Shown here: one piece after another, positions 55,565 to 59,192 of the stretch
How the letters are laid out: each line of letters begins with the position of its first letter
How positions within the stretch are numbered: the first letter of the stretch is position 1
Assembly: GCA_041481485.1 (NCBI GenBank)
Contig: JBGPBY010000002.1
Coordinates: forward strand, 1-59,192
Length of the DNA stretch: 59,192 nucleotides
Origin: Terriglobia bacterium
GTDB taxonomy: Bacteria; Acidobacteriota; Terriglobia; 20CM-2-55-15
Reading direction: 5' to 3'
Translations under genes and position numbers: made by a program
Notes under the pieces: model-generated
The model's input: only the letters and a program-made list of their open reading frames with translations
Databases searched by the model: none
Told to the model about the DNA's origin: nothing

Positions 55565-56533
55565 TCAGGCCGGTACAGTTAGATCTTCGAGAATGCCTTC
55601 GAGTACTTCGAGTGTTCCCTTTTTGCCCTTAACGCTGCTTCGCGCAAGGATGAGGCGATGTCCAAAGACCGGAAAGATGGCGCGTTTTACATCGTCCGGC
55701 ACCACGAAGTTTCGGCCTGCCACCAGGGCCAGAGACTGCGATGCGCGGAACAACGCGACGGTGCCACGCGGACTGATTCCGAGATCGATATCCGGATGGC
55801 TGCGAGTCCGGTTCACGGCTTCAATCATGTAATCCACGATCTTATCGTCAATGTGGATCTTTCGGCTCTCCGCCTGGAGGAGGAGAACATCCGCCGGAGT
55901 CAATACCGGATAAATAGCCTGCGTCCCATTCCCATTAGTGTATCGCTGCAGTATTTCTTTTTCCGCGGCAGCATCCGGATACCCCACTTCAATTTTCATC
56001 AGGAATCGATCCAGTTGCGATTCGGGAAGGGGATATGTGCCGTGATGCTCCACGGGATTCTGTGTCGCCAGCACCATGAACGGGCGGGGAAGGGGATAGG
56101 TCGCGTTCTCAATCGTCACCTGGTTTTCGTTCATGGCTTCCAGCAGCGCACTTTGAGTCTTTGGCGTCGTGCGATTGATTTCGTCCGCAAGGACGATGTT
56201 GGAAAAAATCGGTCCGGGCTTGAATTCGAATTCGTTCCGTTTCGGGTTGAATACCGAAACTCCAAGCACGTCGGACGGCAACAGGTCGCTGGTGAACTGA
56301 ATGCGATGGAAATTGCAGTCCACTGCGGTCGCCAGCGCGTGACCCAGAGTAGTTTTGCCGACGCCGGGAACATCCTCGATTAAAAGATGTCCTTCGGCAA
56401 TCAGAGCCACAAGAGCGAGGTCGATGGTTTCTTCTTTTCCTTTGATTGTCCGGCGAATCGATTCCTGAAGCGCAGACACCTTTTCCAGGGCCGTCTTTTC
56501 CATCACTTTCATAGATGGAGAAAATTCTAGCAT
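55565..56533 (-). CDS. MoxR-type AAA+ ATPase (second copy)
   Basis: Walker A DVPGVGKT and Walker B LADEINRTTPKTQSALLEAMNE. The start is ambiguous (ATG at 56533, 56512 or 56503); the ORF-track 56587 would overlap the upstream gene. Confidence 0.85.
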   Translation of the reverse strand: MLEFSPSMKVMEKTALEKVSALQESIRRTIKGKEETIDLALVALIAEGHLLIEDVPGVGKTTLGHALATAVDCNFHRIQFTSDLLPSDVLGVSVFNPKRNEFEFKPGPIFSNIVLADEINRTTPKTQSALLEAMNENQVTIENATYPLPRPFMVLATQNPVEHHGTYPLPESQLDRFLMKIEVGYPDAAAEKEILQRYTNGNGTQAIYPVLTPADVLLLQAESRKIHIDDKIVDYMIEAVNRTRSHPDIDLGISPRGTVALFRASQSLALVAGRNFVVPDDVKRAIFPVFGHRLILARSSVKGKKGTLEVLEGILEDLTVPA

Positions 56534-56547
56534 GGAGACATTTATTG

Positions 56548-57567
56548 TCAGGATTCTCGCTTTTTTGTCAGATGACGGGAGAACCACAATCCTGGGGCCA
56601 TCGGCAGGAAAAACGTTATCCCGCGGAAGAGAAGCACAGCGGACAACCCCACCGCAACATGAATCTCATTCAGTCTCAACATATAGACCGCGGCTGCTTC
56701 AAATGTTCCGAGACCTCCGGGGATAAAGCTGACAGTTCTCAGGACATTGGCGATCATGAAACTCGCGAAAACATTTCCGATTGGCGCGCTGGCCGACATG
56801 GATCGAATCAGAGCCCACATCGTTGCGGCATCCAGCGCGAAAGTCAAAAGCTGATATAGCGATGTGATCGTCTGCAGCCGAACGTTTCGAACCAGCTTCG
56901 GGTCCGCGTCCTGCATGAGACTGACCGGTTCGCGAACAACCTTCAGGTGCTGAAACCGTGCTGGAATTTTCGCGATCCTCTTGCCCGTAAGCACGAACAT
57001 TCCCGTGGTCAGTGCCGTCCCCAGCAGGATGAACAAAATCGTCGTCCACAGAATCCAGCTATGGGCGTGTCCGGAGTGGATAACCACTCCAAGCGCCGCA
57101 ACCAGTGCCACGACATAAGCGATGAAAAACGATGTCGTGTTGATCAGAATTCCGGCGCGCACGGTGCTGCGATGCAATCCCTGACGCTCGAGGGCCTGAG
57201 CGACAACAACGGTTCCACTCATTCCCGCGGATGGAAGTGCCTGATCGATAAAAAGCTTGGCGAGCGAAAGTTTATAGAGCAGAGGGCGATGCAGATGCGT
57301 TCCTGCCATTCGTGCAGTGATCCACCAGATTTCACCGTGAGCGATGTATGTTGCGGCCTGTAGCAGCAGTGCAATGCCAAGCCAGGAAAGCCTGGCCGAG
57401 CGAACCAGCTGAAGAAACTGTTCCTCTTCGTGCAGGTGAGTCGCGACGTAGATCAATGTCGCAATAGCGGCAAATCCGAGCACCCAATACACCCAACGGT
57501 GCGAATGATGGTGCCCGACAGGCTTCCGCGCTAAGGATACCGAGGATTCCCTGGTCATCCGAGTCAC
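56548..57567 (-). CDS. UPF0104 / lysylphosphatidylglycerol-synthase-TM-region family membrane protein (flippase-like domain)
   Basis: About eight TM helices. The sequence style (LSWLGIALLLQAATYIAHG; IDQALPSAGMSGTVVVAQAL; FIPGGLGTFEAA) is typical of PF03706-type proteins, from memory. Confidence 0.55.
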   Translation of the reverse strand: MTRMTRESSVSLARKPVGHHHSHRWVYWVLGFAAIATLIYVATHLHEEEQFLQLVRSARLSWLGIALLLQAATYIAHGEIWWITARMAGTHLHRPLLYKLSLAKLFIDQALPSAGMSGTVVVAQALERQGLHRSTVRAGILINTTSFFIAYVVALVAALGVVIHSGHAHSWILWTTILFILLGTALTTGMFVLTGKRIAKIPARFQHLKVVREPVSLMQDADPKLVRNVRLQTITSLYQLLTFALDAATMWALIRSMSASAPIGNVFASFMIANVLRTVSFIPGGLGTFEAAAVYMLRLNEIHVAVGLSAVLLFRGITFFLPMAPGLWFSRHLTKKRES

Positions 57568-57669
57568 TTAGTTAAGTTATATCAGCAGACTGTCTTACTT
57601 GCGAGACCAGCACGATTACAGCCAAACGCCGGCTATCCGTATCTGGTTCAGGACAAAGCACTCGAAAGA

Positions 57670-58098
57670 CTAAGCCACGACTCGGAATGCTTTGCCCGCG
57701 GAAGTTCGGAACGCGGCAAACCCGCGGCGGTCCAATGTATGGATTTCTAAGATGCCTAACCTTTCGCCGGCAAGTTTCAGAGTCGCATCGGCGAAATCCA
57801 TCGGAATATCCGAATACTTGTCCATCAGTTTTGCGGCGGCAAGAACCTGTCGTGGCTCGGCGAATTCTTCGATATGCGCACCTGCGGAAACAAGCAGATC
57901 TGCCAAAGCGACAGGGCCGTTGCGAATATCCGAAAGGAAATACATTGCTTCCATGATCACTGCCGAAGTGGTGATCAGGTGGCCGGTGAACTTTGAGAAA
58001 AATTCTGAAACCCGCTTGTGATGTCCGTCGCCCGAATCCAGATATGCGATCAGGGGACCTGTGTCTACAGGTGGTCGATCAGGAAATCCCTCTCCCAA
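57670..58098 (-). CDS. PIN-domain protein (VapC-like), orphan
   Basis: Acidic PIN positions VDTGPLIAYLD, VIMEAMYFL, MDFADATL and TLDRRGF. The only candidate start is the TTG at 58098, which lies inside the left arm of the palindromic element. No antitoxin ORF lies upstream. Confidence 0.6.
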   Translation of the reverse strand: MGEGFPDRPPVDTGPLIAYLDSGDGHHKRVSEFFSKFTGHLITTSAVIMEAMYFLSDIRNGPVALADLLVSAGAHIEEFAEPRQVLAAAKLMDKYSDIPMDFADATLKLAGERLGILEIHTLDRRGFAAFRTSAGKAFRVVA

Positions 58099-58215
58099 CG
58101 GGAGAGGGTGGCCGAAGGCCGGGTGAGGGGTACCGCACGTAAATATTGTTACAAGCGGTACCCCTCACCGGCCGCTACGCGGCCCCCTCTCCCGTTGGGA
58201 GACGGATTTCCTGAT
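58078..58215. repeat. 138-bp nested palindromic element (31-nt outer arms, 15-nt inner arms, self-complementary sub-hairpins)
   Basis: The outer arms 58078-58108 and 58185-58215 are reverse complements with one mismatch. The inner arms GGTGAGGGGTACCGC (58122-58136) and GCGGTACCCCTCACC (58155-58169) are perfect, around an AT-rich 18-nt loop. GGCCGAAGGCC and GGCCGCTACGCGGCC are local hairpins between the arms. Confidence 0.9.
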
Positions 58216-58221
58216 ACAGCG

Positions 58222-59097
58222 TCAGTTCACAAACGCGGCTTCGTTTGTCATCAGCAGAGCGTGCGCGTATTCCTGCCAGGCTGAAAGCGGGGCTCGTGCA
58301 GGAGGTGCGGGTGCGGCCGCTGCTCCGCGGCCGCGTCCCTGTGCGCCTGCCTGAGCGCCTCGTCCCTGAACCTGTGCCCCTCGGCCTGGTGCGCCCCGCG
58401 CTCCCGCAGCGCCTCGTGCGCCATTGGCTGCGGGCGCCGGTTGCACGACCGCGCTGTTTGGCTGGAATGTGGACACAAATTCGGTGCCGTTACGTGTTTC
58501 CTGTTCGGAGGGCAACCGCTGGAAAAACAGGTAGTACAGGAATTTGATCCTTTCCTCGTCCGTTGCCGCGTTCGTGAACGCATCGCGATTCACGACATTG
58601 CGCACCTGTTCGATGACGAGCGGGCTGTTCATCAGGAACAATGCTTGCTGAGGCACGATGGTTTCGTATCGTTTTCCAGCGGGCGTGTTCGGGTTTGGAA
58701 AGTCGAAGGTATTGAGCGTCTCGTTCAGATCGGTGCGATCCACAAAGCCATAAACGGATCGGCGAGGTTCGATTGAAAGCCGCAAATTGGCATCGCGATT
58801 TGCGGCTGCCCCGCCACGTCCCTGCTGCGGGCGCGTGCCTTCGGACAGATCAACGGGATGTCCGCCCATCTTCAGATCCAGAGTTCCGCCGAGGCTGAGA
58901 ATGGAGTCGCGCAGCGGTTCAAATTCCAGCCGGCGCACGTTGGCGCGCCACAGCAAATGGTTGAACGGATCCTTCTCCGCGAATTGAGGATTGTTTTTGC
59001 TACTTTGCTGCCATGTGGCCGACATCAGGATGAGTTTGTGCAATTTCTTCACAGACCAGCCATCGGACATAAATCGAGTAGCAAGCCAGTCGAGCAA
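58222..59097 (-). CDS. DUF1553 (PSD1 C-terminal) domain protein, 5'-truncated at the fold-back junction
   Basis: LDWLATRFMSDGWSVKKLHKLILMSATWQQSS...DPFNHLLWRANVRRLEFEPLRDSIL and FDFPNPNTPAGKRYETIVPQQALFLMN match DUF1553. Family members are much longer and carry DUF1549 upstream. The apparent TTG start at 59097 sits in the spacer of the terminal inverted repeat. A G/R/A-rich low-complexity insert occupies 58288-58437. Confidence 0.75.
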   Translation of the reverse strand: MLDWLATRFMSDGWSVKKLHKLILMSATWQQSSKNNPQFAEKDPFNHLLWRANVRRLEFEPLRDSILSLGGTLDLKMGGHPVDLSEGTRPQQGRGGAAANRDANLRLSIEPRRSVYGFVDRTDLNETLNTFDFPNPNTPAGKRYETIVPQQALFLMNSPLVIEQVRNVVNRDAFTNAATDEERIKFLYYLFFQRLPSEQETRNGTEFVSTFQPNSAVVQPAPAANGARGAAGARGAPGRGAQVQGRGAQAGAQGRGRGAAAAPAPPARAPLSAWQEYAHALLMTNEAAFVN

Positions 59098-59192
59098 TTC
59101 GATTTATGTCCGATGGCTGGTCTGTGAAGAAATTGCACAAACTCATCCTGATGTCGGCCACATGGCAGCAAAGTAGCAAAAACAATCCTCAA
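58984..59192. repeat. Perfect 94-bp inverted repeat (fold-back) reaching the window end
   Basis: 58984-59077 is the exact reverse complement of 59099-59192, with a 21-nt spacer at 59078-59098. The ORF track shows mirrored ORFs on both strands starting MFLLLCCHVADIRMSLCNFFTDQPSDINR. Confidence 0.95.

Noticed and set aside
58288-58437. G/R/A-rich stretch (GARGAAGARGAPGRGAQVQGRGAQAGAQGRGRG) that looked like a DNA repeat.
   Set aside because: It is low-complexity coding sequence within the DUF1553 ORF with no exact nucleotide periodicity, most likely a disordered linker.

Overview
GC-rich bacterial chromosome fragment. Gene content suggests Acidobacteriota (inference): many CarboxypepD_reg-type secreted proteins, a CarboxypepD_reg-fused TonB-dependent receptor, a PEP-CTERM protein, DUF1553, and MoxR/DUF58/BatA modules. 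I found no rRNA, tRNA, CRISPR array, transposase, integrase or phage genes. Layout: 1-8.6 kb holds a TPR membrane protein (cut by the window edge), a signal-less S8 subtilase preceded by a free-standing copy of its own N-terminal pro-region, a divergent pair of unknown genes, and three secreted proteins of unknown function. 8.6-12.6 kb holds a YtrA-type GntR/ABC module and an O-methyltransferase, each bracketed by diverged direct copies of one intergenic sequence; the middle copy runs into a decayed TonB-receptor 3' relic. 12.6-16.1 kb holds YaeQ, Mug, PEP-CTERM and NTF2-like genes. 16.3-19.7 kb and 34.2-37.3 kb each hold a translationally coupled pair of paralogous CarboxypepD_reg proteins. 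19.8-26.2 kb holds an orphan PIN gene, YtxH/DUF948-like genes, an M23 peptidase, a prolyl oligopeptidase and a Usp protein. 26.2-34.1 kb is a five-gene MoxR-DUF58-BatA/VWA operon. 37.4-38.1 kb is a decayed lipid-kinase gene. 38.7-48.3 kb is a tightly packed minus-strand housekeeping array (rimO-yacG-pgpA-NHL-cinA-thpR-gpsA-ftsY-ribD-ribE-ribBA). 49-52.2 kb is the TonB-dependent receptor. 52.2-56.5 kb is a second MoxR-DUF58-transglutaminase module. 56.5-59.2 kb holds a UPF0104 membrane protein, a second orphan PIN gene, a 138-bp nested palindrome, and a DUF1553 gene cut off by a perfect 94-bp fold-back at the window end, which is probably an assembly artefact. The best candidate for something undescribed is the S8 subtilase / stand-alone pro-region paralogue module with its divergent unknown neighbours (1.4-5.0 kb). 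The repeat-bracketed cassette-like architecture at 8.6-12.5 kb comes second. All calls come from reading the sequence and ORF translations by eye; no searches were run.
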